From an uncultured Barnesiella sp. (GTDB lineage Bacteria; Bacteroidota; Bacteroidia; Bacteroidales; Barnesiellaceae_A): a stretch of 64,000 nt of DNA. The stretch is taken from assembly GCA_944321085.1 (NCBI GenBank), contig CALUJY010000005.1:40123-104122 (forward strand). Reading direction: 5' to 3'. Shown piece by piece: positions 10,520 to 21,225 of this stretch. The notes beneath the pieces are model-generated. The model was given only the letters and a program-made list of their open reading frames with translations, was not told where the DNA came from and made no database searches. The position numbers and the translations under genes were made by a program. Within the stretch, counting starts at the first letter, position 1. Each line of letters begins with the position of its first letter.

Positions 10520-11665
10520 TTAATATTTGTCGGTAGTATGTTCTATTTCGTCGGCCGTGATGCGTTTGGCATTCATCTGTCGCCATGTGTAGATGATGTA
10601 AGCCGCCACAAAAGGAATAAGCAGCGATACTACGCTCATCACTTGCAGTGTGAAGAGGCTCGACGAGCTGTTGCTTATCGTGAGCGAGCTTTCGGGCGAG
10701 GTGAGCGACGGATAATAAGGGGTGTTGTTGTATCCGGCGAGCAGCAACAGACACAATACGGTAAATACCGTGCCTATGCCTGTCCACCAAATACCATAGC
10801 GGTACTTGCGCGACACAAGGGTGCGTATGATGCCGTATAGTACGCCTGCCACACCTAAGATGAAGCCTGTGGCAATGATCGGTTGCTCCAAAAGGTTGTA
10901 CAGATACTTGTAAGGACGTTCCATGACACTCCCGCCCTCTGTTTCGTATCCTGCGGCGGTGAGCAGAAATGCCACATAGGCAAGAAACAGAACGACAAAT
11001 ATAATGCTGTTATAGAGTACCGATTGGCGCGAACGGGTATAGACGGTGGCGTCGTCGATGTTATTGATGAAGTAGAGTGCTCCCAGCACGCGTGACAGAA
11101 ACAACACGGCAAATCCTAACAGCAGGTTGGGTAACGAAGCGATGGCTTCGAGACCGTGCAACGGGTTGTCCCATGTAGAGATGACCGGTTCGCCCACGCT
11201 CAGCAGGTTGCCTTTGTCGATGCTAAACTCCGCGCCGGTAAAGAAAGTGCTTACGGCGACACCCAAAAGTACCGAGCCGACAACACCGTTGATAAGCAGG
11301 AAGGCATCGTAGGTTTTGCGCCCCAAAATATTGTTGGGCTTCGAACGGAACTCATACGATACGGCCTGTATGATGAAACTGAACAAGATAGCCATCCACA
11401 GCCAGTAGGCTCCTCCGAAACTGGTGGAGTAGAAGAGCGGGAAAGAGGCAAAAAATGCGCCGCCGAATACTACGAGGGTAGTGAACGTAAGTTCCCACTT
11501 GCGACCCAATGAATTGACGAGCATGCTTTTGCGAGGCTCATCCTTGCCAATGGTTACGAGCAATGTCTGTCCACCTTGTACAAAGAGCAGGAATACCAAA
11601 ACAGCTCCTAACAACGATATGAGAAACCACCAATAGTGTTGGTAGAAAGAGAAATCGAGAGTCAT
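10520..11665 (-). CDS. cydB: cytochrome d ubiquinol oxidase subunit II
   Basis: Polytopic membrane protein starting 'FSFYQHYWWFLISLLGAVLVFLLFVQGGQ', immediately downstream of cydA with a 1-nt gap. Confidence 0.9.
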   Translation of the reverse strand: MTLDFSFYQHYWWFLISLLGAVLVFLLFVQGGQTLLVTIGKDEPRKSMLVNSLGRKWELTFTTLVVFGGAFFASFPLFYSTSFGGAYWLWMAILFSFIIQAVSYEFRSKPNNILGRKTYDAFLLINGVVGSVLLGVAVSTFFTGAEFSIDKGNLLSVGEPVISTWDNPLHGLEAIASLPNLLLGFAVLFLSRVLGALYFINNIDDATVYTRSRQSVLYNSIIFVVLFLAYVAFLLTAAGYETEGGSVMERPYKYLYNLLEQPIIATGFILGVAGVLYGIIRTLVSRKYRYGIWWTGIGTVFTVLCLLLLAGYNNTPYYPSLTSPESSLTISNSSSSLFTLQVMSVVSLLIPFVAAYIIYTWRQMNAKRITADEIEHTTDKY

Positions 11666-11666
11666 A

Positions 11667-13235
11667 TTATTTGTTTTTTACGGGTTGGGGGTTGAATCCT
11701 TTCTTGATTTGTTTGACGAGGATGCTCACCTCGGCTACCAGCAATACCGTGAAGATGATGGCGAAGAGCCAGAAGGTGGTTTGCACCGCCGAGACCTCTA
11801 TGGCCGAGATAGAGGCATAGGTGGGCAATATGTCTTGTATAGTCCACGGTTGCCGGCCTACCTCGGCGACAATCCATCCCGATTGCAGGCAGATGTAGCC
11901 CAACGGAATAGACCACAGGCATATCCACAGCACCCAACGAAGTTTCTCTAAGAGCTGCTTGCGTTCGAGAATGAGGATAGCAATGAAGAAAAGGATGAAA
12001 TATCCGCCGAGAGTAATCATGATGTGGAACGAGTAGAATACCATGGGTACGCTGGGGATGAGTTGCGCCTCGTCCTCGATATATCCGTAGCCGAAGTATT
12101 CGTAATTGTCGCGCAAGGTTTGCAGAGCCGAGTCGGCAGCCATGCTGTCGTTCCGTTCCCGGGCATTCCGATAGTCGCCCAGCGCGGCTATGGCGGCGCG
12201 TCCTTGTTGCATCTTCTCTTGTGCCGAAGGGGCTATGATGCTGTCGCCGGCAAAATTGGTTGTGGGATAACCTCCTTGTAAAATATCATTGATGCCGGGA
12301 ACAAAACCGTTGGCATCGCGGGTGGCAAGAAATGAGAGTATGCCGGGAACTCCTATCTTGAAGCAGAACGGGTCTTGGTTGTCGTCGTATTCTTTCTGCG
12401 GATTGAGTATGCCCACTGCTATAAACTCCTGCCCTTTGTTGCCGTGGTAGATGCCCTCCATGGCGGCCAGTTTCATGGGTTGTTTCTGAGCCACTTCGTA
12501 TGCCGACCCGTCGCCTGTGTAAGCTACCAGCAGAATGCCGGCAAGCCCTACCCACGAGGCGATGCGGATGCTCTTCAAAGCATAGCTGACATGCCGTTTT
12601 TTCAGTAAGAACCATGCCGAAACGCCTACAACGAATACAGCTCCCAATACCCATCCGGCGGTGACGGAGTGGAAAAATTTGTTCAGCGCTACGGGCGACA
12701 AGGCTACGGCGGCAAAGTCGGTCATTTCGTTGCGTACGGTGTCGGGATTGAATGTCATGCCGACAGGATATTGCATCCATGCGTTGGCTACCAATATCCA
12801 TAATGCCGAAATGGTTGCACCGAGGCATGTAAGCCATGTAGAGGCGAGATGGAACCCCTTGCTCACTTTGTCCCATCCGAAGAACATGACGGCGAGGAAT
12901 GTGGCCTCCATAAAAAAGGCCATGATACCTTCTATGGCAAGCGGGGCACCGAAAATATCGCCCACAAACCAACTGTAATTCGACCAGTTGGTGCCGAACT
13001 GAAATTCGAGGATGATACCTGTGGCAACGCCGACGGCGAAATTGATGCCGAAGAGTTTCATCCAAAATTTGGTGATGTGTTTCCACTCGGCTTTCCCCGT
13101 ACGGTAATAGATGGTTTCCATAATGCCTACGATAACGGCAAGACCGAGCGTCAGCGGTACGAAGAGCCAGTGATACATGGCAGTGAGAGCAAACTGCGCT
13201 CTTGACCAATCGACCAGTGATAATAAATCGTTCAT
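11667..13235 (-). CDS. cydA: cytochrome bd ubiquinol oxidase subunit I
   Basis: 'SRAQFALTAMYHWLFVPLTLG…', a Q-loop region, and 'GWIVAEVGRQPWTIQDILPT', a conserved CydA signature. Confidence 0.95.
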   Translation of the reverse strand: MNDLLSLVDWSRAQFALTAMYHWLFVPLTLGLAVIVGIMETIYYRTGKAEWKHITKFWMKLFGINFAVGVATGIILEFQFGTNWSNYSWFVGDIFGAPLAIEGIMAFFMEATFLAVMFFGWDKVSKGFHLASTWLTCLGATISALWILVANAWMQYPVGMTFNPDTVRNEMTDFAAVALSPVALNKFFHSVTAGWVLGAVFVVGVSAWFLLKKRHVSYALKSIRIASWVGLAGILLVAYTGDGSAYEVAQKQPMKLAAMEGIYHGNKGQEFIAVGILNPQKEYDDNQDPFCFKIGVPGILSFLATRDANGFVPGINDILQGGYPTTNFAGDSIIAPSAQEKMQQGRAAIAALGDYRNARERNDSMAADSALQTLRDNYEYFGYGYIEDEAQLIPSVPMVFYSFHIMITLGGYFILFFIAILILERKQLLEKLRWVLWICLWSIPLGYICLQSGWIVAEVGRQPWTIQDILPTYASISAIEVSAVQTTFWLFAIIFTVLLVAEVSILVKQIKKGFNPQPVKNK

Positions 13236-13268
13236 AGTATATAAGATTTCGTGTTATATGATTTGCTT

Positions 13269-13517
13269 TTATTGCACGCCGCGTTCCACAAGCTCAGTGC
13301 CCACGTAGCGTGCCCGACTTTCGTCGTCGGTATTTCCTTTTGTCGATAGGAAATCGGGAAAGAAAAAGAGTTTCAATATGAAGAACAGAATGAATAATTT
13401 GATGAGTATCAATGCCCATAACGTTTTGCCGACGGTCATTTCACGAAATCCGTCGCGGTAGAAATACCATATACGTTTGGCATAGCCCGGAGGTCGTTTC
13501 GTAGATATATTATCCAT
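13269..13517 (-). CDS. DUF4492-like small membrane protein upstream of cydAB
   Basis: 82 aa with one hydrophobic helix (LWALILIKLFILFFILKLFFF). It is conserved in position ahead of cydA in Bacteroidetes. Confidence 0.7.
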   Translation of the reverse strand: MDNISTKRPPGYAKRIWYFYRDGFREMTVGKTLWALILIKLFILFFILKLFFFPDFLSTKGNTDDESRARYVGTELVERGVQ

Positions 13518-13574
13518 CTGTTCGGGGTTTATAATTATATGGCGCCATGTGCGGCATGTGTCCGATCCGAGGCT

Positions 13575-14321
13575 TTATCGTCCTATGCGATTATTGAGTA
13601 TGTTGCCGGCTTTCTGTTTGAGTTTCTCATACTCTTTGCTGCCGATAAACTTGGTGATGTGTGCCGCGTGTTGCATGTGGTGCATATCGCTGCCTATCAG
13701 GTCAACCATGCCGTTGTCTAAGAGTTTCCATGCCATCTCTTTTACCTCAGAATTGTAATACCCTGCCAGCGATAGCAGATTGACTTGGAAGAGCAATCCT
13801 TGGTCGTGCAACTCTTTATAGATTTGAGGTGTTTTGTGGTAATACACATATCGTTCGGGATGTGCCAGAACAGGGGTGTAACCTTTCAGTTGCAGGTCGA
13901 AAACTAATTCGCGCAGTTCCCAAAACGGTTGGAAAAACGAGTTTTCTATCAAGAGGTAGTTGTCAGGAAAAGATATGATGGTTCCTGCTTGGAGTTGCTT
14001 TAAGAAATATTCGTCCATCCGGTATTCGGCAGAGGTCTTTATTTCTATTTCTATGTCTCTGTCATCCAGTGCCTTGCGAAGCATTTTGTATGCCTGTTGG
14101 ATGCTTTCGGGCGTATTTTCGAAAGTGCTTTCGGTGACGTGTGACGTAGTGATGATACGTTGTATGCCCCAATTTTTCAGTTGTTGTACCAATGCAACCG
14201 AAGTCTCTACGTCGGGTGAACCGTCGTCGATGCCCGGTAAAATATGACAATGCACCTCGGTGTCGTAAAACAAAGTAGTATCGGTGTTGTGTTTTTTGCC
14301 GAGGAAATTGAATATCTTCAT
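13575..14321 (-). CDS. PHP-family protein-tyrosine phosphatase (CpsB/YwqE-like)
   Basis: 'DTEVHCHILPGIDDGS' N-terminal metal-binding motif, 'TSHV', 'LAHPERY' and 'GSDMHH' motifs. Confidence 0.8.
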   Translation of the reverse strand: MKIFNFLGKKHNTDTTLFYDTEVHCHILPGIDDGSPDVETSVALVQQLKNWGIQRIITTSHVTESTFENTPESIQQAYKMLRKALDDRDIEIEIKTSAEYRMDEYFLKQLQAGTIISFPDNYLLIENSFFQPFWELRELVFDLQLKGYTPVLAHPERYVYYHKTPQIYKELHDQGLLFQVNLLSLAGYYNSEVKEMAWKLLDNGMVDLIGSDMHHMQHAAHITKFIGSKEYEKLKQKAGNILNNRIGR

Positions 14322-14593
14322 TTCGGTGATAATTGTTTTCGTCGTGCAAATATAATATAAATAACATCTATATGGAATATCCGGTTCTTTTTTATGGCAG
14401 AAATGGTGGCAGTGTGATGGGTTGTAGGTGGATAGAGTATAAAAAAATGAAATTTCGTTTTACATTGCGGCTCTATTGTGTTATCTTTGCAGTTGCTAAG
14501 GATATAGCCCATCGCGATGATGTGTTGCCACCGCGGCAGGTAGTTCGCAAGATGGTGCGCTTACGCCCGAGGCAGAAAATAAGATTTGATATT

Positions 14594-15136
14594 ATGCCAG
14601 ATACAGTAGCACAGTTTGAACAGGTAATAAGTGTGTGCCGGGATGTGTTTGTCAAAAAACTGAAAGATTACGGAGCTTCGTGGCGCATCATGCGGGCAAC
14701 GTCGTTGACCGACCAGATATACATCAAGGCAAACCGCATAAGAACATTGGAAATGAAAGGTGTGCATCGCGTGGCGGAAGGTGTCCGTCCCGAGTTGATT
14801 GCTATCGTGAATTATGGTATCATAGGTCTTATACAGTTGGAATTAGGTCCGTCGCAAGGCGAAGATATGACCGCGGAAGAGGCTCTCGCATTGTATGACA
14901 AATACATGACAGCGACCAAAGAGCTGATGTATGCCAAGAACCACGACTATGACGAGGCATGGCGGCTGATGCGCATGACATCGTACACCGATATGATACT
15001 CACCAAGATACATCGTACGAAGCAGATAGAAGACAATGCCGGTCGTACGTTGGTTTCGGAGGGCATCGATGCCAATTATATGGACATGATAAACTATGCC
15101 TTGTTTGGCTTGATAAAGACCGATTATGGCGAATGA
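14594..15136 (+). CDS. DUF1599 domain protein
   Basis: Two internal repeats ('KLKDYGASWRIMRATSLTDQIYIKANRIRTLE' and 'KNHDYDEAWRLMRMTSYTDMILTKIHRTKQIE'). Start chosen at the internal ATG 14594, because the upstream part of the ORF looks non-coding. Confidence 0.7.
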   Translation: MPDTVAQFEQVISVCRDVFVKKLKDYGASWRIMRATSLTDQIYIKANRIRTLEMKGVHRVAEGVRPELIAIVNYGIIGLIQLELGPSQGEDMTAEEALALYDKYMTATKELMYAKNHDYDEAWRLMRMTSYTDMILTKIHRTKQIEDNAGRTLVSEGIDANYMDMINYALFGLIKTDYGE

Positions 15137-16493
15137 GACGATAGCGACAGAGCAAGAATGCGTGCGTGATACCGCACAATGCCGCGAAAGGTGGCTTTGT
15201 GCGGGGGTAATTGCCGTACGTGTGATTGTAGGCGTTACGTTTATCGTGTCGGGAGGGGTGAAGCTGATAGACCCCGAGGGCACGATGTATAAGATAGAGG
15301 AGTATCTGACTGTCGTCGGGCTGACGTCTCTTGTCCCCCTGTCGTTGGTTGCGTCGGTCGTCTTGTCGATGGTAGAGTTTGTCATAGGCGTGAATACGTT
15401 ATTGGGTTCATACCGTCGTGTTACGCCCGTGCTGCTGGCTGTTTTTATGGGCGTGATGACGCCGTTGACGCTATACCTTGCAATAGCCAATCCGATACAC
15501 GATTGCGGCTGTTTCGGCGATGCCATCGTGCTGACGAATTGGCAAACGTTTTGGAAAAACGTGGTTCTCGTTGCATTGGTGTGTGTGTTGTTGCGTTACA
15601 ATAAACGTGTACGGTCGCTGTTTCATCCCGATGTGCAATCGTTGACGGTACTGTTTGCGCTTTTGTATGCCTTTATAGTGGCATGGATGGGATATACCTA
15701 CCAGCCGTTGATAGACTTCCGTCCCTATAAGCCGGGCGTAGACCTGCGTGCGGCTCTCGACGGTAACGGCGTGGCTGACCGTGAGTACGATTTCATTTAC
15801 GAGCGCGAGGGAGAGCAACGCGTCTTCTCGCTCGACAATTTGCCGTCGGCCGACGACGGATGGCGTTTCGTGGAACGTCGCGAGCGGGCTGTGCCGCAAG
15901 CCGATGCGAATGAAGAGTTAGGACATTTTGCCATTTATGATGGCGATGAAAATGTGACTGACCGCATAGTGGGGCATGACGGATATGTATTCATCATGTT
16001 TTCGCCCGATATAAGAAAGGCGAGTGACGATGAGGTAAATAAGATAAACGAGCTGTATGATTATTGTTGCGAGTATGGCTATCCTTTCTATGCCGTGTCG
16101 CCGTCCTCTCCGCGAGCTACCGAACGCTGGCTCGAAGATACGGGGGGCGAATATAGCTTCTATTTTATGGACAAAATCACTATACGCACCATAGCCCGCA
16201 ACAATCCCTATGTACTGGTGCTGAAAGATGGTGTGATATGTCGTAAGGGCACACCCTCCATGCTTCCCGACGAAAGCAAGCTGAACGACTGCGTCGAGAA
16301 TACCGACTGGCCGGGCACGGTGAAACCTTATGAAGTAGCTCCGCGCGTATGGTGGCTTGTAGGCGTGTTGCTAGTACCGTTATTGCTGTTGCTTGCCACA
16401 GAACGAGCCGCTCTGTTTGTGGTGCGTCGGATGCGTAACTTCTATCGTGACCGCAAGGCTAAGTATGAGAAAAACAGAGGAAAACAAAAATAA
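15126..16493 (+). CDS. DoxX-like membrane domain fused to thioredoxin-like domain (BT_3928-family-like)
   Basis: N-terminal 4-5 TM helices with a 'CGCFGD' motif, a soluble C-terminal half, and a final TM. Sits with DUF1599 and tpiA, as is common in Bacteroidales. Confidence 0.65.
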   Translation: MANETIATEQECVRDTAQCRERWLCAGVIAVRVIVGVTFIVSGGVKLIDPEGTMYKIEEYLTVVGLTSLVPLSLVASVVLSMVEFVIGVNTLLGSYRRVTPVLLAVFMGVMTPLTLYLAIANPIHDCGCFGDAIVLTNWQTFWKNVVLVALVCVLLRYNKRVRSLFHPDVQSLTVLFALLYAFIVAWMGYTYQPLIDFRPYKPGVDLRAALDGNGVADREYDFIYEREGEQRVFSLDNLPSADDGWRFVERRERAVPQADANEELGHFAIYDGDENVTDRIVGHDGYVFIMFSPDIRKASDDEVNKINELYDYCCEYGYPFYAVSPSSPRATERWLEDTGGEYSFYFMDKITIRTIARNNPYVLVLKDGVICRKGTPSMLPDESKLNDCVENTDWPGTVKPYEVAPRVWWLVGVLLVPLLLLLATERAALFVVRRMRNFYRDRKAKYEKNRGKQK

Positions 16494-16533
16494 AAACGAA
16501 CAACATATATTTGTATAATAAAATTTTAAGGTT

Positions 16534-17289
16534 ATGAGAAAAAACATTGTTGCAGGAAACTGGAAAATGAACACAACTCTGCAAGAGGGTGTTGATTTGG
16601 CTAAAAAAATCGATGAAGCCTTGAAAGGCGTAGAGACAAAATGCGATGTTATCATAGCAACTCCGTTTACCCACCTTGTATCGGTAGTAAATACTGTCGA
16701 CGGCTCGCGTGTAGGTGTCGGTGCCGAGAATTGTGCCGATAAGACCGAAGGCGCTTTCACCGGTGAGGTATCGGCCAAGATGGTTGCCTCGACAGGTGCA
16801 CGCTATGTGATATTGGGACACTCCGAGCGTCGTGCCTATTATCATGAAACCCCCGAAATGCTGAAAGAGAAAGTAATGCTGGCTTTGGAGGCCGGGCTTA
16901 CGCCGATATTCTGCGTAGGCGAGGTACTCTCTGAGCGCGAGGCCGGCAAGCACTTCGAGGTGGTAGCTTCGCAAATCAAAGAGTCGCTTTTCAACCTTAC
17001 AGCCGAAGAATTCGGTAAGCTGATAGTAGCTTATGAGCCTGTATGGGCGATAGGAACCGGTAAGACAGCCACTGCCGAGCAGGCCGAGGAGATGCACGCC
17101 TTCATTCGCAAGACAGTATGCGAGAAATACGGCAAGACCATTGCCGACGATTTGTCGATATTGTACGGCGGTAGCTGCAAGCCCTCGAACGCTGCCGAAC
17201 TCTTTGCCAAACCCGATGTCGATGGCGGCTTGATAGGTGGCGCAGCCCTCAAAGCCGACTCGTTTATGGGTATTGTGACTGCTTTTTGA
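16534..17289 (+). CDS. tpiA: triose-phosphate isomerase
   Basis: 'IVAGNWKMN', 'ILGHSERR', '[11 protein letters not shown]' and 'ILYGGS' catalytic/loop motifs. Confidence 0.95.
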   Translation: MRKNIVAGNWKMNTTLQEGVDLAKKIDEALKGVETKCDVIIATPFTHLVSVVNTVDGSRVGVGAENCADKTEGAFTGEVSAKMVASTGARYVILGHSERRAYYHETPEMLKEKVMLALEAGLTPIFCVGEVLSEREAGKHFEVVASQIKESLFNLTAEEFGKLIVAYEPVWAIGTGKTATAEQAEEMHAFIRKTVCEKYGKTIADDLSILYGGSCKPSNAAELFAKPDVDGGLIGGAALKADSFMGIVTAF

Positions 17290-17357
17290 TAAATAGCCGG
17301 GTATATAAGGCTGCAAGAATAAGAAAAAATGCTTATTTTTGCAGCCTTATCTTATAT

Positions 17358-17867
17358 ATGGGAAAGCGTATGAAGACAGCATATCGTTTGCTCTTGTGTA
17401 TCTTTGCAGGTTTTGCAACTAATGCAGCGATGGCACAGACTGCTGCCGTTGCCGACGGTGACACATCGATAGTGCAGTATCTCGAACGCCGCGACACCGG
17501 TGGCGAGGTGAAAATTGTGCAACCTGTGGCTTTGGCGCAGCGTTTGTCGCGTACCGCGGTGACACAGGCCGGACAACGTTCGCTTACGGTTTATAGAGTG
17601 CAATTATTTTCGGATAACCGCTCTACAACGGCCAAGGCCGAGGCCGATCGACGTGCAGCTCGTGTGCGTGAGGCTTTTGCCGACGTCGACGTATATGTTA
17701 CTTTCACTTCGCCGTTTTGGAGGCTTAGGGTAGGTAATTTCCGCAGCTACGAAGATGCCAACAAAATCTTGCATGAACTGAAAGCCGCTTTCCCCGATAT
17801 GGCATCAGAGATGCGTATCGTACGCGACCGCGCCAATGTAGAGGTGCTGGATTATATCAATGATTGA
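17358..17867 (+). CDS. SPOR-domain protein (secreted)
   Basis: Signal peptide (MKTAYRLLLCIFAGFATNAAMAQ). The C-terminus has 'YRVQLFSDN…AKAEA…FTSPFWRLRVGNFRSYEDANKILHELK', a SPOR-like peptidoglycan-binding fold. TATTTTTG motif at 17334-17341. The start may be 17358 or 17370. Confidence 0.6.
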   Translation: MGKRMKTAYRLLLCIFAGFATNAAMAQTAAVADGDTSIVQYLERRDTGGEVKIVQPVALAQRLSRTAVTQAGQRSLTVYRVQLFSDNRSTTAKAEADRRAARVREAFADVDVYVTFTSPFWRLRVGNFRSYEDANKILHELKAAFPDMASEMRIVRDRANVEVLDYIND

Positions 17868-18460
17868 GAAAAAAGATGATGAAACAAGGTGATCTGCTCG
17901 ACGAGGAGCGATTGAAGCAGATAGAGTACCATTATCGCAGCATATTGTCGCTGCTTGGAGAAGACCCTAACCGCGAGGGGTTGTTGAATACACCCCGACG
18001 CATAGCGAAAGCCATGTCGTATCTCACGCAAGGATACAGACTAAGTGCCGAAGAGGTAATAAAGTCGGCGGTGTTCGACTATGCCGGGTCGCAAATGATA
18101 GTAGTGCGCGACATTGAGTTCTACTCTATGTGCGAGCATCATATACTGCCTTTCTTCGGGAAAGTACATATCGGTTATGTGCCCGATGGCAAAATGGTGG
18201 GATTGAGTAAAATAGCCCGTCTTGTAGAGGTCTATGCCCGCAGATTGCAAGTACAAGAGCGTCTCACACGCGAGTTGTGCGAGAGCCTTTACGAAATACT
18301 TCCCTCTCGTGGTGTGATAGTAATGGTAGAGGCGCAGCACCTGTGTATACAAATGCGCGGAATAGAGAAACAAGGTTCGCAAACGGTGACCATAGAGTAT
18401 GCCGGTTGTTTTACCGACGATGCCAATCGAGCCGAGTTTATGCGTATGATAGGGCGTTGA
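17864..18460 (+). CDS. folE: GTP cyclohydrolase I
   Basis: 'NTPRRIAKAM', 'FYSMCEHHILPF' and 'QERLT' signatures. The start overlaps the previous stop (ATGA). Confidence 0.95.
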   Translation: MRKKMMKQGDLLDEERLKQIEYHYRSILSLLGEDPNREGLLNTPRRIAKAMSYLTQGYRLSAEEVIKSAVFDYAGSQMIVVRDIEFYSMCEHHILPFFGKVHIGYVPDGKMVGLSKIARLVEVYARRLQVQERLTRELCESLYEILPSRGVIVMVEAQHLCIQMRGIEKQGSQTVTIEYAGCFTDDANRAEFMRMIGR

Positions 18461-18777
18461 GCGGTAGGCAAAAATCCCGACGCTGCGGTTTTGAGACGGT
18501 AGGGTTATGGTTTTGCCGGTGGTGCCGAAAAACGCTATCGTGATTGTACGAACAAAGTTTTTTTGAATGATATAGAGGCATGGGATAGTAGCCGAGAAGG
18601 TGTTCCCGTGCCTCTTTTTTATATCGGTCGGTTGGCGGGTGCTGTGTTGCAGCCGTGACCGATAGAACGATGTTGTCTTGCCGGCTCCGAAAAATGGCGG
18701 AAAATTTTGCTTGTTGGTGTCTCATACATTATCTTTGCAATATATCTGTCATGAAACCTTAACATGAATGTAATAAT

Positions 18778-19986
18778 ATGATGAGAAAAATTTTATGGGC
18801 TGTCATGGCCTCAATGACACTACCGCTGTGTGCGGTGGCGCAGAGTGAAGATACTACGGCTGTTGCAAAGCCCGAGGGTTACCAATTCACCGATACCAAG
18901 GTGTTGCCGACGACGCCAATCAAGAATCAGGCGCAATCGGGTACGTGTTGGAGTTTTGCCGGTATAGCATTGCTCGAAAATGAGTTGTTGCGTATGGGTA
19001 AACCCGAGTATGATTTGTCGGAAATGTGGATTGTGCGTCATTGCTACCTCGATAAGTTGGCACGTTTTGTGCGTTATCACGGTACGGTCGAGTTTGCCGG
19101 CGGCGGTGGCGTGATAGATGTGCCGTATGTTGTCACAAAATACGGTCTTGTTCCCGAGGAGGTGTATACTGGGTTGAATTACGGAACTGAGAAACACAAC
19201 CATAATGAACTCGATGCCGTGATGCGGGCTTATGCCGAGGCCGTAGTGAAGGGTGATAAACTTACGACTGCATGGCTCAATGGTGCAGCCGGTATCATAG
19301 ATGCTTATCTGGGCGATGTCCCCGAGACTTTTACCTATAACGGCAAGCAATATACACCCGAGTCGTTTGCCGCTTCGTTGGGGTTGAATATGGACGATTA
19401 TGTTTGCATCACTTCATTCACGCACCATCCTTTCTATACGACTTTCCCGGTAGAGGTTCCCGATAACTGGTTGCAAGGCTACTCGTATAATGTACCGCTC
19501 GACGAGATGGTACAGATTGTAGATGCTGCCATCGACAACGGTTACAGTGTGTTGTGGTCTGCCGATGTGAGCGAGAAGGGATTCAACCGTAAAGGCGGTT
19601 TTATGGTATGTCCGGCCGAGAAACTGCGCGAAGATATGTCGGAGGGCGAATGGCTTAATTGGTCGAAGATGACCGAGAAAGAGCGCGAAGAGCAGCAGTA
19701 TAAATTGGAGACTCCGGGCAAGGAACTCGACGTGACGCAAGAGATGCGTCAGTTGGCTTATGACAACTATGAGACGACCGACGACCACGGCATGTTGCTC
19801 ATGGGTAAGGCTGTCGACCAAATAGGCAATCGTTACTATAAAGTGAAAAACTCGTGGAGCACCGAGAACGGTTTCGACGGATTTTACTATGTGTCGATAC
19901 CTTATTTCCGTTACAAGACGCTGAATATTGTCGTAAACAAGAATGCAATCCCCTCCGCTTTGCGAGCCAAGATGGGGATAAAATAA
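18778..19986 (+). CDS. C1-family cysteine peptidase (aminopeptidase C / bleomycin-hydrolase-like), secreted
   Basis: Signal peptide, the catalytic-Cys motif 'QAQSGTCWSFAG', and a C-terminal 'DDHGMLLMG…YYKVKNSWS' His/Asn region. Confidence 0.85.
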   Translation: MMRKILWAVMASMTLPLCAVAQSEDTTAVAKPEGYQFTDTKVLPTTPIKNQAQSGTCWSFAGIALLENELLRMGKPEYDLSEMWIVRHCYLDKLARFVRYHGTVEFAGGGGVIDVPYVVTKYGLVPEEVYTGLNYGTEKHNHNELDAVMRAYAEAVVKGDKLTTAWLNGAAGIIDAYLGDVPETFTYNGKQYTPESFAASLGLNMDDYVCITSFTHHPFYTTFPVEVPDNWLQGYSYNVPLDEMVQIVDAAIDNGYSVLWSADVSEKGFNRKGGFMVCPAEKLREDMSEGEWLNWSKMTEKEREEQQYKLETPGKELDVTQEMRQLAYDNYETTDDHGMLLMGKAVDQIGNRYYKVKNSWSTENGFDGFYYVSIPYFRYKTLNIVVNKNAIPSALRAKMGIK

Positions 19987-20271
19987 GCACTTGCAACCTC
20001 TTGTTACCGAACCCCTTTGATATGAAAGGTGTGTAATACGCGAAGAGTCCTGTCACCGTCGGCGTGTGGCAGGGCTCTCGCTGTGTAACAGGGGCGTATG
20101 CAAGGGGTGCCGAACATAAACGATGCCGAGTGACGAGTTGCAGTTTCATCCGGTGTAGTGCGATAAGGTGTGATATATCGGGTGCCGGATGTGTCCCGAA
20201 CGGCTTGTCAAGGTAAATCGGTGCGATATATGATGCTGTTTTATTGTTATTAATAGAGAAAAATTACTGTT

Positions 20272-21177
20272 ATGTTGAGTTTCCAGCCTGTAACGCTTGC
20301 TTCCATGCAAGAGATATATCGTTATTTGAAATTGTCGCATAGCCGAACCTGCGATTTCACCGTAGGCGGCATTTTCATGTGGATAGAGTATTTCGATTAT
20401 CGCTATTGTGTACAAGACGATACGCTCTTCATCATGGGACGGCTCGAAGATGACAGGCGCGAGATAGCCTTTTCCTTGCCGCGGGGCGCTCTGCCGCTGA
20501 ACCGGTCGGTAGGTATGATAGAGGAGTATTGTCGGGCACACGGCCTGACGCCCAACATGTCGGCGGTGCCCGAAGATGCTTTGCCTGCGCTGCAAGCAGC
20601 TTTCCCTGCGTGTAGGGTCGACGAGCTTGTCGATTGGGGCGACTACCTCTATGACAGCCGTTCGCTTGCCACACTCACGGGGCATAAGTATAACAGGAAA
20701 CGCAATCGGGTAAACAAGTTTGCCCGCGAATATCCCAGGTATGAATATCGTCGCCTTATGCCCGACGATGTCCCTGCCGTGCGTGCTTTTTTCGTGGAGC
20801 GTTATTGTCGTCAAACCGATTTCAGTGAGATGGCGCGGTATGAGAATGGCGCCGTGTTGCAGGTGCTCGACAATTATGCCCGACTTGTGGCGTTGGGATT
20901 TTCGGGCGGATACATCGTGGTCGATGACCGTATTGTGGCTTTTACGATAGGCGAGGTGTTGGGCGACACGCTCTATGTGCATATCGAGAAGGCTCTTTAC
21001 GACTATGCTGGGTCGTATGAGGCGATAAATTACCGCTATGCCGCCGATTGTGGTAGCGAACATCCCGAGGTGTTGTATATCAATCGCGAGGACGATGCCG
21101 GTGATGCCGGATTGCGCGAGGCGAAGCGCTCATACAATCCGTTGGGCATCCTCAAAAAATACGATGTCTTTCTCTGA
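20272..21177 (+). CDS. DUF2156-like (lysyl-PG-synthase C-terminal-like, GNAT-fold) protein
   Basis: 'GGIFMWIEYF…', 'GHKYNRKRNRVNKF' and 'EDDAGDAGLREAKRSYNP' motifs, typical of DUF2156 proteins. Confidence 0.7.
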   Translation: MLSFQPVTLASMQEIYRYLKLSHSRTCDFTVGGIFMWIEYFDYRYCVQDDTLFIMGRLEDDRREIAFSLPRGALPLNRSVGMIEEYCRAHGLTPNMSAVPEDALPALQAAFPACRVDELVDWGDYLYDSRSLATLTGHKYNRKRNRVNKFAREYPRYEYRRLMPDDVPAVRAFFVERYCRQTDFSEMARYENGAVLQVLDNYARLVALGFSGGYIVVDDRIVAFTIGEVLGDTLYVHIEKALYDYAGSYEAINYRYAADCGSEHPEVLYINREDDAGDAGLREAKRSYNPLGILKKYDVFL

Positions 21178-21225
21178 TGTCGGCCGGAGGCCTTTCTCCG
21201 GGCAACCGGTAATCTTGTTATGATG

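Noticed and set aside
12286-13209. 307-aa ORF on the - strand in an alternative frame of cydA
   Set aside because: It is on the same strand as cydA but out of frame, with an Arg/His/Cys-rich nonsense composition. cydA motifs are in the other frame.
20146-21063. 305-aa ORF on the - strand
   Set aside because: It is antisense to the DUF2156-like gene and has no motifs.
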